DNA from: an uncultured Fibrobacteraceae bacterium
GTDB lineage: Bacteria; Krumholzibacteriota; Krumholzibacteriia; LZORAL124-64-63
Reading direction: 5' to 3'
Assembly (NCBI GenBank): GCA_964524645.1
Contig: CAZGEC010000002.1
Location: forward strand, 93,076-157,075
Length of the DNA stretch: 64,000 nt
Shown here: piece by piece, positions 1 through 9,970 of the stretch
Layout of the letters: each line of letters begins with the position of its first letter
Position numbering within the stretch: position 1 is the first letter of the stretch
Notes under the pieces: model-generated
What the model was told of the DNA's origin: nothing
The model's database searches: none
What the model saw: only the letters and a program-made list of their open reading frames with translations
Translations under genes and position numbers: made by a program

Positions 1-266
1 AGGCAGGTCCAGGCCAGGACAAAGAAGCTGGAGGGATCATTCCCGATCTCGATGCTGCATTCCCACCCGGAGATGCCGGACGGCTCGGAGATGTTCTCCA
101 GCACCAGGAAGGCCGCAACGATGACGAAGGGCTCGGACTGCCGGCAGTTGCCATCGGTCTCCTCGAACCAGATGCAGATCTGGTCCTGGTCGGGATTCGG
201 TTGGGCTGCGACCCCCGAGCAGAGCAGCAGGGTCGCGAGGCCCAAGAGGATTGAAATACGGCGCAT
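1..266 (-). CDS. N-terminal part of a secreted protein, cut by the window edge; paralog of the 26967..27596 and 34418..35050 family
   Basis: Minus-strand ATG at about 266 encodes MRRISILLGLATLLLCSGVAAQ (signal peptide), then QICIWFEETDGNC...AAFLVLENISEPSGISGWECSIEIGND. This aligns with the N-terminal modules of the proteins at 26967 and 34418. No stop before position 1. Confidence 0.6.
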   Translation of the reverse strand, partial: MRRISILLGLATLLLCSGVAAQPNPDQDQICIWFEETDGNCRQSEPFVIVAAFLVLENISEPSGISGWECSIEIGNDPSSFFVLAWTC

Positions 267-382
267 GGCATCTCCTTCCGGCATCTGGGATCACGGACGA
301 TCAGCGATATGCGGGCCGATGCATAGAAGTCGTTCTCGAGGGGGATTGGTTCCTTTGGAGGAGCCGGCAGCCCGCCGTTGCC

Positions 383-1216
383 TCAGGGTAGGCCCCGCCA
401 GCCTGCCTGCGGCGAAGGGCCGTCCCCTTGCAGGAACCAGTCGGCCATCAATGTAGGACTCACACCGTGGTGAACCGGATTGAAGCGGATGTAGTGGCTC
501 AAGTAGGCCCGGTCCTGCCGATTGACATACAGGTAGAGGATTCCAAAACCGAGGTCAGTCTCGGCAGCACCGATCATCGAGTGCAGTTCGAACCATCCCG
601 GTTGTCCATCGCCGCCGCAGTCGGAACAGTCCACCATCTCGAAAGGATACAGTTCATACGTCGAGTTCATGATGCTGATCGTGCCGACGTTTCCGCCATA
701 GTGGATATCCGTCCCGTCCATGACGACGTCGCGGACTAGCTGCTCACTGTCCGGCAGGGCCGCAATCGGCCGCAGGGTCGGGCGAACCATGGTGACATCG
801 CCTGCCGAGGTGACGGTGCCGCTGGCCCGATACCGCGTTAGCGGATCCGCGTAGCTCTCGTGCCACGCGTAGGTGAGAGTGTCCGCAGAGCACTACAGGA
901 ACAGAACGTGCAGGTTGTCGCGGGTTGGCGCCACAACATTGAGCACCGTGAGATCCCTGCCCGGCCAGGGAACGACCGCGTAGATGATTGCGGATATCGA
1001 TGCCGCCTGGATCTCACAAGATCCGACGCTCCGGACGAACTCGATGGCTCCGATTCCGGATGACCCCATTCCGTGGACGTCTAAGGACAGGACCTCGACC
1101 GTCGGCGATTCCGGTCCTGTGGAATCGTCGTGGTCGCACCCGACCAAAGCCAATACCAGGCTGGCGAGCAGGGAAAGCAGGCACGACGGCCGGCGGCATT
1201 TTCTGGGCATGCTCAT
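383..1216 (-). pseudogene. Lipoprotein-like gene interrupted by a single in-frame TAG (about 893-895). It is either an amber-disrupted pseudogene or a sequencing error; a less likely alternative is two separate genes, 893..1216 and 383..790
   Basis: ORF 893..1216 carries a lipobox (LALVGC). ORF 383..790 lies in the same frame, 102 nt downstream. The intervening 34 codons (CSADTLTYAWHESYADPLTRYRASGTVTSAGDVT) have a protein-like composition. Confidence 0.4.
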
Positions 1217-1285
1217 GTTCTTGAACCCCTCACAGGTCCATTCCCGCGATCTCGAGCGGGCATGCTCGGCGGCCGTGACGCCGGG

Positions 1286-2008
1286 TCAGGCGGCCTGCGT
1301 GTCCGGATCCACCCGCCGCTCTCGCCTGCGGACTCGCAAGACCCAGTAGAGGCCGACGAGCGAGCCAAGGGGGAAGAAGCCGAGGAAGGCCACGGAAAGG
1401 ACCTGGGTCGCCGAGCGAGCGTAGTGGGAAGCGGTCGATCTGAGACGAGCCACGACCAAGGCCGCGATTCCCAGGAACGTCTTGGTGAAGATCACGAAGG
1501 TGGTTGTGGAGGATCCGAATTCCGGGTCCAGCATGCGCTTACGAAAGGCAACGTCGACAGCCGCCCAGAGCAAGAAGAAAAATCCGATGAATATCAGCAC
1601 GTTGCTGTACCGGGAAACGACCCGGGCGAGCGGCTCTGCTCGGTAGCAGGCACGATGGGTCCAGCTCCAGCCGAGAACCGCCAGCATCGAAACGGGTGCG
1701 AGGATGCGCACGGGCATCGGATCTCCGGTTAAGTTCGTCATCGTCGCGCCGATCCCCGATGCCATCCCCGTGCCGATGAGGCCCATCAGCAGCCGCGCGG
1801 AGTCGGTGATGAGCCGCAACCGTCTGGCTACGAGAAGGGGCGCCAGGAGCGCAGCAGCTGCGGCACACCAGATGACGATCTCTGCCGGGAGAGGAAGCGT
1901 CGCACCGCCGAACATCCGCTGGGGATCGAGGATCGCCGCACCGCGCCAGTAGATGACCGGAGCCACGAGGAAGGCGGCGGAAGCTCCGAGCAAGAACGCA
2001 GGCTTCAT
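1286..2008 (-). CDS. Hypothetical polytopic membrane protein
   Basis: Start MKPAFLLGASAAF is preceded by AGGAGGTG. The protein has several hydrophobic helices. No family recognised. Confidence 0.6.
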   Translation of the reverse strand: MKPAFLLGASAAFLVAPVIYWRGAAILDPQRMFGGATLPLPAEIVIWCAAAAALLAPLLVARRLRLITDSARLLMGLIGTGMASGIGATMTNLTGDPMPVRILAPVSMLAVLGWSWTHRACYRAEPLARVVSRYSNVLIFIGFFFLLWAAVDVAFRKRMLDPEFGSSTTTFVIFTKTFLGIAALVVARLRSTASHYARSATQVLSVAFLGFFPLGSLVGLYWVLRVRRRERRVDPDTQAA

Positions 2009-2146
2009 TTCCCACCTCCTGTCGCCGCGGCGCTCCGCAGCTGACGGGGCCCGCGGACACTGGTGGGTGTTGTGCCGCGACCGCAATGCGCCGCGATCAT
2101 AGCAGGAAGCCGGGTTGTTGTCCTTTCTCATCTGCCCCACGCAGCG

Positions 2147-2761
2147 TCACAGCGCCAGGCCGTAGCCCGTCAGCTCCCGCTTCGTGGCCTCGTAGTCGGT
2201 ATGGACGATGCCGTTGATCCCCAGGCTCCGGGCTATCTCCACGAACATGGGACGGTCCTCGATGTAAATCACCTGCCCCGGTTTGACCTGGGCGATGTCC
2301 AGGGCGATGCGGAAGATGTCCGGATCCGGTTTGCGGAAGTGCACGAAGCACGAGGAGATGAAGAAGTCGAGGATCGTCCCGAGCTGGAATTCCCTGATCC
2401 TGTGCTCGTTGAGTTCGCGCCCTTCATTGCTGACGGCCGCGACCTTCAGATTGTGGCGCTCCTTCAGCCGGCGGACCAGCTCGATCATCTCCGCGAAGGG
2501 CCGGGACTGGGCGAACATGAACGCCCGGAAGTCCTCCGGTGAAAAGGAGCGCTCCTTGTAGAACACGACACGCTTGAGGTACTCGCTCAGCGTGAGCTTT
2601 CCCACTTCGTAGGTGTCGAAGGTCATGTGATGCCGCTCGTCCATCTCCTCGTGATCGAGAGCGAAGTTCTCGGCGGCGCGCCGGCGGGCCTTCCGGTCCC
2701 AGCCGTTGGTCAGCAGGACCCCGCCGATGTCGAGAAACAGGGTCGTGATCTGGGCCGTCAT
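2147..2761 (-). CDS. HAD-superfamily hydrolase (subfamily IA-like)
   Basis: N-terminal FLDIGGVL (DxG motif I), KVAAVSN and a C-terminal IEDR-like motif. Confidence 0.8.
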   Translation of the reverse strand: MTAQITTLFLDIGGVLLTNGWDRKARRRAAENFALDHEEMDERHHMTFDTYEVGKLTLSEYLKRVVFYKERSFSPEDFRAFMFAQSRPFAEMIELVRRLKERHNLKVAAVSNEGRELNEHRIREFQLGTILDFFISSCFVHFRKPDPDIFRIALDIAQVKPGQVIYIEDRPMFVEIARSLGINGIVHTDYEATKRELTGYGLAL

Positions 2762-2939
2762 CGTTGTGCCTCCTGAATTGCTTCTACCGGAAAGGACATG
2801 GTTCTACTTCAGCTTCCCCGCCCAGGCGATCAACGCCTGGACCAGGTCCGCGATGCTGTTCCCGGTCCTGGGGTCCGTCAGCCGGCCCTGATCGTCGATC
2901 TTCTCCCGCGCGAAGGGCACCATCACTTCCGGGCGGCTC

Positions 2940-3686
2940 TCACGCCTGGATCCTCTCGAAGAGGTAGCTCCCGATCGCCACCAGGATGAACGCGAGGCCC
3001 ACCATGACCACCAGATCCACGGCCAACCCGAAGGTCGAGACGTTGATCAGCGCGGCCCGCAGTCCGTCGATCCCGTAGGTGAGAGGATCCACCCTGACGA
3101 CGTAATGCATGATCTCGGGCAGGCCCTCGAGCGGGAAGAGCGCGCCCGACAGGAAGAAGATGGGCATCACCAGGAAGTTCATGATGAGCTGGAATCCCTG
3201 CATGTCCTCGATCCGCGAGGCAACGGCCACCCCCAGCGAGGTGAAGATGATCGCCACCAGGATCACGAACACGGCGGCCAGCGGGAGCAGCAGTGCGTGG
3301 TGGAACCGGAAGCCCACGATCAGCGTCAGGAGGAAGACGATCAGGCCTTGGAAGGACGCCACGGTTGCTCCGCCGAGCGTCTTGCCGAGCATGATCTGCC
3401 AGCGCGGCACCGGCGCGACCATCGTCTCCTTCAGGAAGCCGAACTGCCGGTCCCAGATGAGGTCGATTCCGGAGAAGATGGCCGTGAACAGCACGCTCAT
3501 CATGATGATGCCGGGAGCCAGGTACTGGATGTAGTTACCCTCGCCGGCCTCCCGGTATACCTGCCCGAAGCCGAAGCCGAGGGCGACCAGGAAGAGCAGC
3601 GGCTGGCCGAGCGCCCCGATGATCCTGGAGCGGGCCCGGAAGTACTTCTTCACCTGCCGGAGCCAGAGGATGTAGATCGCGCTCAT
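2940..3686 (-). CDS. ABC-2 family transporter permease
   Basis: Six predicted TM helices with ABC-2 permease layout. It overlaps the upstream ATPase gene (ATGA coupling). Confidence 0.8.
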   Translation of the reverse strand: MSAIYILWLRQVKKYFRARSRIIGALGQPLLFLVALGFGFGQVYREAGEGNYIQYLAPGIIMMSVLFTAIFSGIDLIWDRQFGFLKETMVAPVPRWQIMLGKTLGGATVASFQGLIVFLLTLIVGFRFHHALLLPLAAVFVILVAIIFTSLGVAVASRIEDMQGFQLIMNFLVMPIFFLSGALFPLEGLPEIMHYVVRVDPLTYGIDGLRAALINVSTFGLAVDLVVMVGLAFILVAIGSYLFERIQA

Positions 3687-4681
3687 CGGTTTCTCCTGAA
3701 CATCCTGCGCCGCGCCCTCATGCGGTCGACCGCGCTGACCTCTTCCTCGCGGATCGCGCTGCCCGTCAGCGCGATGAAGGCGTCTTCCAGTGATGACGCG
3801 CTGGTCCTGTTCATCAGCTCGCCGGCCGATCCCGTCGCGATGATCGCGCCGTGGTCGATGATGGCGATCCGGTCGGCGACGCGTTCGGCCTCGTCCATGT
3901 AGTGGGTGGTGAAGAAGACCGTCATGCCTTCCCGCCGGTTGACGTCCCTGATGTAGCTCCAGATATGGTTGCGGGTCTGCGGATCGAGGCCGAGCGTGGG
4001 CTCGTCGAGGAACAGGATCTTCGGATGGTGCAGCAGACCCCGGGCGATCTCCAGACGGCGCTTCATGCCCCCGGAATAGGTCTTGACCAGGGCGTTCCTG
4101 CGGTCCCAGAGCTCGACCAGCTTGAGCAGCTCCTCGATCTTGGCCTCCCGGGTGTTCTTCGGAACGTTGTAGAGGACCGCGTGGTAGCGGACGTTCTCCA
4201 GCGCCGTCAGGTCGTCGTCCAGGCTGGGGTCCTGGAACACGATGCCGAAGGACTTCCTGACCGCGTCCTTGTTGCAGGCCGGATCGTTGCCGTCCAGCAG
4301 GATGCGACCCTCGCTCGGCTCCAGCAGGGTCGTGAGCATCTTGATGGTGGTCGACTTGCCGGCCCCGTTGGGTCCCAGGAACGCGAAGATCTCGCCTGCG
4401 CGCACCTCGAACGAGATGCGGTTCACCGCCGTGAATCCGTCGAATCTCCTGACCAGACCCTCGACGACGATGATGCTGGCGGGGTTTGCCGGCGCGCCGG
4501 GTTGCCGCCCGTCCTCGCGCGGTGAGGGGATGGGGGCGTCGGTCTTCTGGGGTAGCTCCACCAAGGTCCCGATCTCCTCGTCGCTGAGGGCCTCGAACAC
4601 CCGGCCGCCATGGATCAGCCGGACCACGGAACCGAATCTCTCGACCAGCATCTGCTGCGACTCTCGTCTGAAATCACGCAT
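3683..4681 (-). CDS. ABC transporter ATP-binding protein with an N-terminal extension
   Basis: Walker A GPNGAGKST, signature YSGGMKRRL and Walker B ILFLDEPT. Start chosen at MRDFRRE; the long upstream extension in the ORF track overlaps other frames. Confidence 0.85.
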   Translation of the reverse strand: MRDFRRESQQMLVERFGSVVRLIHGGRVFEALSDEEIGTLVELPQKTDAPIPSPREDGRQPGAPANPASIIVVEGLVRRFDGFTAVNRISFEVRAGEIFAFLGPNGAGKSTTIKMLTTLLEPSEGRILLDGNDPACNKDAVRKSFGIVFQDPSLDDDLTALENVRYHAVLYNVPKNTREAKIEELLKLVELWDRRNALVKTYSGGMKRRLEIARGLLHHPKILFLDEPTLGLDPQTRNHIWSYIRDVNRREGMTVFFTTHYMDEAERVADRIAIIDHGAIIATGSAGELMNRTSASSLEDAFIALTGSAIREEEVSAVDRMRARRRMFRRNR

Positions 4682-4821
4682 GCCCGACCGCCTTCGGCGT
4701 GCCATTCTTGCTGGACAAGATAGGCGGCACCCCGGCAGCGCTGCCACCGCCCGACCGCGGATGCTCGAGAACGGGCAGCGCTTCGCGTCCCGCCCTTTCG
4801 CAAGAGCCGGATTGACTTACC

Positions 4822-5655
4822 ATGTCGGCTGTGTTCGGGAGCCGTTCCTTGCCCGGTCCGGTCCAGGAGAACGAAGAGATGAGCCAGGATGCGACGATCG
4901 CCGTCAAGGGCTCAGCCGTGGTGGACGACTACGGCATCGACTACACGCGGGCCGTCTGCTCCCAGCTGGACGCGCTGGGCGACCAGTACTGGGAGTGGGT
5001 CCACATCGACCTGCAGCCGGCGCAGCGCCGGCAGCTCGCGGCGGCACAGCCGCAGACAGCGTTTCCGGACTCCTTCCGGGTCTTCGAGAACGCCTGGCTC
5101 GAAGCCAACACGCACATCTCGTGGCGGCTGATCCTCGCCCTCTGGGTGCCCACGGTGATGCTGATGCTGGCGGCGGCGAGGTGGCTGGGGCTGGGCTGGG
5201 CCCGCTTGGTGGGTGCGGCTTTCGGCGGACTGCTGCTGTGGACCCTGGTCGAGTACGTCCTGCACCGCGTCGTCTTCCACCACGAGCCCCGCAACGGGTG
5301 GGAGCGCAGGTTCCACTTCCTGGCGCATGGGATTCATCACAAGGATCCCTGGGATCCGACCCGCCTGGTCTTCCCGCCGCTGGCGGGCTACGGAATCACA
5401 TTGCTCCTGTTCGTCGGGATCCGGCTGGTGCTGCCCCTGGCGCCGTCGCTGGCGACGCTCGCGGGCCTGCTGATCGGCTACCTCGGCTATGATCTCGGCC
5501 ACTACGCTTGGCACCACGCCAGATGCGCGCGGGGATGGCCGCACTTTCTCAAGCGCTACCACCTGGCGCACCATCACAAGAACATGGACTCGCACTTCGG
5601 CGTGAGCCAGCCGCTGTGGGACCTCGTCTTCCGGACCTACGGCCCGCGCCGCTGA
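4822..5655 (+). CDS. Fatty acid hydroxylase / sterol desaturase family membrane protein
   Basis: Histidine boxes HRVVFHH, HGIHHKD, HYAWHH and HLAHHH. The start may instead be M at 4879. Confidence 0.8.
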   Translation: MSAVFGSRSLPGPVQENEEMSQDATIAVKGSAVVDDYGIDYTRAVCSQLDALGDQYWEWVHIDLQPAQRRQLAAAQPQTAFPDSFRVFENAWLEANTHISWRLILALWVPTVMLMLAAARWLGLGWARLVGAAFGGLLLWTLVEYVLHRVVFHHEPRNGWERRFHFLAHGIHHKDPWDPTRLVFPPLAGYGITLLLFVGIRLVLPLAPSLATLAGLLIGYLGYDLGHYAWHHARCARGWPHFLKRYHLAHHHKNMDSHFGVSQPLWDLVFRTYGPRR

Positions 5656-5908
5656 GTACCCAGCAGCATCTTCGCTTGCTTCCTGAGGTGGTCGACGCTG
5701 GGGCGACGCGGCCGTGATCCGGACATTATGTGGCCTTCCTTTCGCTGATGCCCGTGACTTGCTCGCTCGGGCCGAAAAGAAGGTTGTATGCGCGGAATCA
5801 GCAGAGGTGGGTTTGACCCTTCCCGCAGGCCAGGTGGCGTCCTTCGCTCGCCAATGACCATTATCCCCGCGTGTCGCCGTCGTGTCAAGAATGGCCGGAT
5901 GGCGCGCG

Positions 5909-6370
5909 CTACACATCGCCGGGCAGCAAGTCCGGATGGTGTTCTTCGAGCCAGACCAGAACGTCATGTGCAAACTGCACGGCCTCATGGTAGATTTCGC
6001 GGGCCTCAGCCTCGGAGATTTCTCCAGACGCGTCATAGTCGACAATGTTGCGCTTGCGGCGACAGGCATCGAAGTAATCGCTTCTTGCGGATGGCAGGGA
6101 TTCCATCAGCTGAGAAAGCGCCTGGAAGGTAATCCAGTGATGAGATTCGCCGCCAGTACGGTAGCCAGAGGAGCGCAGGACCATCGTTGCGAGTTGCAGG
6201 ATGGCATTGTAAGCAGTCGAGTAGCGACGGTCCGGAGAGAGTTGCTCTATGGCTGCGTCCGCGAGATCGCGCTGAACGATGCCCCAGAGAGCCTTGATCT
6301 CCTCGGACGAGGATTGATGCTGGCGAAGCCGGCGCTCACGCAACCAACGTTGCAAGCTCATCATCGTCAC
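5909..6370 (-). CDS. HEPN-like toxin component of a HEPN/MNT pair
   Basis: Small alpha-helical protein immediately downstream of the nucleotidyltransferase gene and overlapping it. The domain assignment rests mainly on context. Confidence 0.5.
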   Translation of the reverse strand: MTMMSLQRWLRERRLRQHQSSSEEIKALWGIVQRDLADAAIEQLSPDRRYSTAYNAILQLATMVLRSSGYRTGGESHHWITFQALSQLMESLPSARSDYFDACRRKRNIVDYDASGEISEAEAREIYHEAVQFAHDVLVWLEEHHPDLLPGDV

Positions 6371-6950
6371 CTATGAGCCAGATCTTGGGGCCGGCCAGGA
6401 CTTTGTGGATGAACGGATTCCCGCTCCGTGCTTTGCTTCGTAGCTCCCTCTCGGGATAGATGGTGGGGTTGAACTCTCGCTCGAGACTGCGACCGAGGGG
6501 ACCGAGAAGCTGTGCGGCTTGCCGCGACGTGAGCTGGCCGACGATGAAGAGATCGACATCGCTGGTCAGAACATCCGTGCCCGCCGCCACTGAGCCGTAG
6601 ACGAACGCCAGGCGGACCTTGCCCTCGAGCGAGCCCAGAACATCCCGGAGCTGGTCGCCGAGGGCGACTGTCTTGAGCAGCATCCTCCGTAGATCGTCAT
6701 AGACGGGGTGCTGGCGACGAGCGCCGTAGTAGGTTCGATTACCGCGACGCCTCTTTTCCACCAGGCCGGCATCCTCGATCCGCTTCAAGGCGCGCTGGGT
6801 CTGCAGCACGGTGCTGCCGACCCTCTCGGCGATCTCCCGCTGGTAGTATTGCTCGTCCGGATGAAGGAGAAGCAGGCCGAGCACATCCAGCATCGCGGGA
6901 TAGGGGAAAAGCCTTGCCAGGGATTGACCTGCAGATTTCGGTCTGGCCAT
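6336..6950 (-). CDS. wHTH (ArsR-like) plus minimal nucleotidyltransferase (MNT-type antitoxin)
   Basis: N-terminal winged HTH. NTase motif GSVAAGTDVLTSDVDL. Start MARPKS. Confidence 0.75.
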   Translation of the reverse strand: MARPKSAGQSLARLFPYPAMLDVLGLLLLHPDEQYYQREIAERVGSTVLQTQRALKRIEDAGLVEKRRRGNRTYYGARRQHPVYDDLRRMLLKTVALGDQLRDVLGSLEGKVRLAFVYGSVAAGTDVLTSDVDLFIVGQLTSRQAAQLLGPLGRSLEREFNPTIYPERELRSKARSGNPFIHKVLAGPKIWLIGDDDELATLVA

Positions 6951-6968
6951 GTGGCCTCTCCGGGACAT

Positions 6969-7009
6969 TTGACTACGAATTGTAGTCAATTGACTACAAT
7001 TCGTAGTCG
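6969..7009. promoter_or_regulatory. Tandem palindromic operator-like sites upstream of the HTH-NTase gene
   Basis: TTGACTACGAATTGTAGTCAA (a perfect inverted repeat) is followed at once by GACTACAATTCGTAGTC, about 20 nt upstream of the 6950 start. Confidence 0.5.
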
Positions 7010-7278
7010 ATGTCAAGCGGCAAGATGCTCCAGGGGATAGGACGCCGGGTATGCCGAGCTCCGGGAACTGGCTCGCAGGGCGGAAAATTGACGCGGGGCG
7101 ATTGGCGGTGCTAGATTGAAGTTGTCGAGCGGGCGCGAGGAGGGCGAGGTACTCGAGGTCGATTGGCCTTCCTGTCATGTGCAGTCGGGTTTCCTGCTTC
7201 CTTTCCCTTGTCGCGATCCCAGAACTTGCAGTGCGGCGGCCACCGGACGGTGCGGGCCGATGACCCGGTTGCTTCACG

Positions 7279-8034
7279 ATGACCGCATCGCGGGAGGTGC
7301 CCATGTACTGGCAGAAATGGTCGAACAGGTTGAAGCAGGAGCTGGCGCTCGAGACGGAGCCCGTCGCGGTGACCTTCACCGGCGCCGTTCCCGAAGGGGG
7401 GGTGCAGCCGGAGGACAAGCTCTCCGTGTGCCAGGCGATCAAGCGGGCCTGCGAGGGTCGCGCCGTCACCATCACGGCCGACACCTGCGGTTGTCCGGGA
7501 GGTCTCGTGAGCCTCGGGCTCGGGCAGATGCCCGCCCAGGGCAAGGAGCGGCTGGTGGACTTCCTGGTCAACCGGGAGAAGGTCTACAGCTCGCGGGCGG
7601 CGCTGCACCGCGGGCAGCAGGTCGTGCAGGCCCCGGCCGGCATGGCGAGCCACGTCTGCTTCGCGCCGCTGGCCGAGGCGGTCGCTCCGCCGGACCTCCT
7701 GCTCTTCGTCGGCAAGCCCGGCTCCCTGCATCATCTCCTCGAGTTCGCCAACTACTGGGAGGGAGGGTCCATGACGGCCGAGCTGGCGGGTCCCACCTGC
7801 CGCACGGGCGTCGCCTATCCCCTGGTCTCGGGTCACGTCGGCGTGTCGCTCTTCGACTCCGGCGCGCGGAGGCTGGGCCGCTTCGCCGACGACCTGCTGC
7901 TCGTTGCCGTGCCCTTCGCCCGCATGCTCGGCATCATGCACGCCTTCGACCAGGGCGTGCACCGGTCGCGTGAGCGGGGAGCCGAGGCCATCGAGCGCCA
8001 GATCGACGAGCTGGGGCCGATCGAGCGGGTCTGA
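7279..8034 (+). CDS. DUF169 family protein
   Basis: Sequence pattern resembles DUF169. The start may instead be MYWQKW at 7303. Confidence 0.55.
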   Translation: MTASREVPMYWQKWSNRLKQELALETEPVAVTFTGAVPEGGVQPEDKLSVCQAIKRACEGRAVTITADTCGCPGGLVSLGLGQMPAQGKERLVDFLVNREKVYSSRAALHRGQQVVQAPAGMASHVCFAPLAEAVAPPDLLLFVGKPGSLHHLLEFANYWEGGSMTAELAGPTCRTGVAYPLVSGHVGVSLFDSGARRLGRFADDLLLVAVPFARMLGIMHAFDQGVHRSRERGAEAIERQIDELGPIERV

Positions 8035-8039
8035 CGGCG

Positions 8040-9335
8040 GTGGGAGACATCCGTGAGAATCAGGAGCGATCGTCGATGAGGGTCCTGATCGTCTCCGCCA
8101 ACACCGAGCGCATCAGCATGGTGACCCTGGCGCTCGGTGCGAGCCTGGTGGCCAGCGCCGCAGAGCGGGCGGGCCACGAGGTGAGCTTCCTGGATCTGCT
8201 GTTCGCCAAGGATCCCGCCGGTGCGGTCCGCGACGCCATCGCCTCGTTCCGGCCCGAGGTGATCGGCATCTCCGTCCGCAACATCGACGACCAGAACCGG
8301 GAGGAACCGCAGTTCCTGCTCGAGAAGGTCCGCGAGGTCACCGCCGAATGTCGCGCCGGCTCGGCCGCTCCCCTCGTCCTCGGCGGCGCCGGCTACGGCA
8401 TCTACCCGCATGCGATGCTCGATTATCTCGGGGCCGATTTCGGCATCCGCGGAGACGGAGAGGAAGCGTTTCCCGCCCTCCTGCAGCGGCTGCAAGAGGG
8501 CCGCTCCCCGCGCGACATTTCCGGCGTCACTGTGGCGGGCGACCCGACCGACGGCGGGCTGGCCGTCGTGGAGAAGCTGGACGAGCTGCCGCTCTGGAAC
8601 GATCTGCTCTCCGCTCGCACCCCCCCGGTGCCGGGCCTCTGCGTCCCCATCCAGACCCGCCGGGGCTGTCCGAACGACTGCGCCTACTGCTCCACGGCCC
8701 GCATCCAGGGCCGGCCCATCCGTTGCGCCTCGCCGGCCGCCGCAGCCGAAACCCTGGCGCATCTGGCGGAGCAGGGCTTCCGTCACTTCCACATCGTGGA
8801 CAACTGCTTCAACCTGCCCGAATCGCATGCCTTCGAGCTGTGCCGGCGCCTCCGCGAGCGGAACCTGGAGATCACCTGGCGCTGCATCCTCTACCCGCAC
8901 CTGGTGAAGGAGGAGCTGGTCGACGCCATGAGGGAGGCCGGCTGCACCGAGGTCAGCCTGGGCTTCGAGAGCGGCTGCGCCCGCATCCTGAAGGCCCTGA
9001 ACAAGCGCTTCCTGCCCCGCGACGTGCGGCTCGCCGCGGACCGGCTGGCCGCCCGCGGCATCGAGCGCATGGGCTTCCTCCTGCTCGGCGGCCCCGGCGA
9101 GACGCGGGAATCGGTCGAGGAGAGCCTGGCCTTCGTGCGATCGCTGGAACTGGAGGAGCTGAAGATCACCGTCGGCATCCGCATCTACCCGGACACCGCC
9201 CTGGCCCGCCTCGCCGTCCGCGAGGGCGTCATCGCCCCGGACGACGACCTCCTGCGTCCCCGCTTCTACCTGGCCCCCGGCCTGGAGCCCTGGATCCACG
9301 ACCGCGTCGCGGAGTTCACGGAATCGGCGACTTGA
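8040..9335 (+). CDS. B12-binding domain radical SAM protein
   Basis: N-terminal B12-binding-like Rossmann region, then CPNDCAYCS (CxxxCxxC). The start is probably MRVLIV at 8076. Confidence 0.85.
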   Translation: MGDIRENQERSSMRVLIVSANTERISMVTLALGASLVASAAERAGHEVSFLDLLFAKDPAGAVRDAIASFRPEVIGISVRNIDDQNREEPQFLLEKVREVTAECRAGSAAPLVLGGAGYGIYPHAMLDYLGADFGIRGDGEEAFPALLQRLQEGRSPRDISGVTVAGDPTDGGLAVVEKLDELPLWNDLLSARTPPVPGLCVPIQTRRGCPNDCAYCSTARIQGRPIRCASPAAAAETLAHLAEQGFRHFHIVDNCFNLPESHAFELCRRLRERNLEITWRCILYPHLVKEELVDAMREAGCTEVSLGFESGCARILKALNKRFLPRDVRLAADRLAARGIERMGFLLLGGPGETRESVEESLAFVRSLELEELKITVGIRIYPDTALARLAVREGVIAPDDDLLRPRFYLAPGLEPWIHDRVAEFTESAT

Positions 9336-9377
9336 ATCGAGGTGACGCAAGCTTGGCGGGCGAGCTGCCCGGCACCA

Positions 9378-9839
9378 TCATTTTCGGCATTGCGGGTCCA
9401 GGAATCTGATCGCGCGCCCGGAAATGGTATCCTCGGACATGGTTACCATGATCCCGTTTCCCGAAATACTCCTGGCCGAATCAGCCAGTACCTCGATTGC
9501 TCGCTCTTGCCAGCCAAAAAATTCACGCCCGCTGCCTTTACAAATGCTGCCAACATTTCCCGGGACCTCGTAGGGACAGCTCGGCTTCTCGCCTTGGTGA
9601 TCGGCTCCCTCGAAGAATGCGATGATCGGTCGGCAATCCGAGTCAATGGATCTGACGACCTTTGCCCCGATGCCGATGTTCTTGTAGTAGATCGTTTTCC
9701 CCTCTCCAAGTCCAAGGCTACCGGTAACTCGGAATAGGAGCACCGCATCCCCTCCAAGTTTGCGGGCCGTTCTCTTGAATTCAGCGACGGCCTCCTCCGG
9801 GACGTCCATGGGTCCTTTGGGTAAAGGGCCGGGCAGCAC
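9378..9839 (-). CDS. Hypothetical protein, possibly a duplicated YbjQ/DUF74-like domain, in a low-GC patch
   Basis: Weak resemblance to the UPF0145 family (LGGDAVLLFRVTGS...G...KVV). GC is about 55%, against about 70% in the flanks. Confidence 0.35.
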   Translation of the reverse strand: MLPGPLPKGPMDVPEEAVAEFKRTARKLGGDAVLLFRVTGSLGLGEGKTIYYKNIGIGAKVVRSIDSDCRPIIAFFEGADHQGEKPSCPYEVPGNVGSICKGSGREFFGWQERAIEVLADSARSISGNGIMVTMSEDTISGRAIRFLDPQCRK

Positions 9840-9911
9840 AACGTGCAGGTCCGCACGACGATCACGACGGTGTCAGCCCGCGCGGCAATTCCCGGGGAAG
9901 CTCCTGGCGCG

Positions 9912-9940
9912 AAAAAAAGGGCCCGGCGAATGCCGGGCCC
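9912..9940 (-). terminator. Rho-independent terminator downstream of gene 9971..10699
   Basis: Hairpin GGGCCCGGC-gaat-GCCGGGCCC, followed on the minus strand by a T7 run. Confidence 0.5.
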
Positions 9941-9970
9941 GAAGCCAGCCTTGAGCAAGGCCGGACCGAA

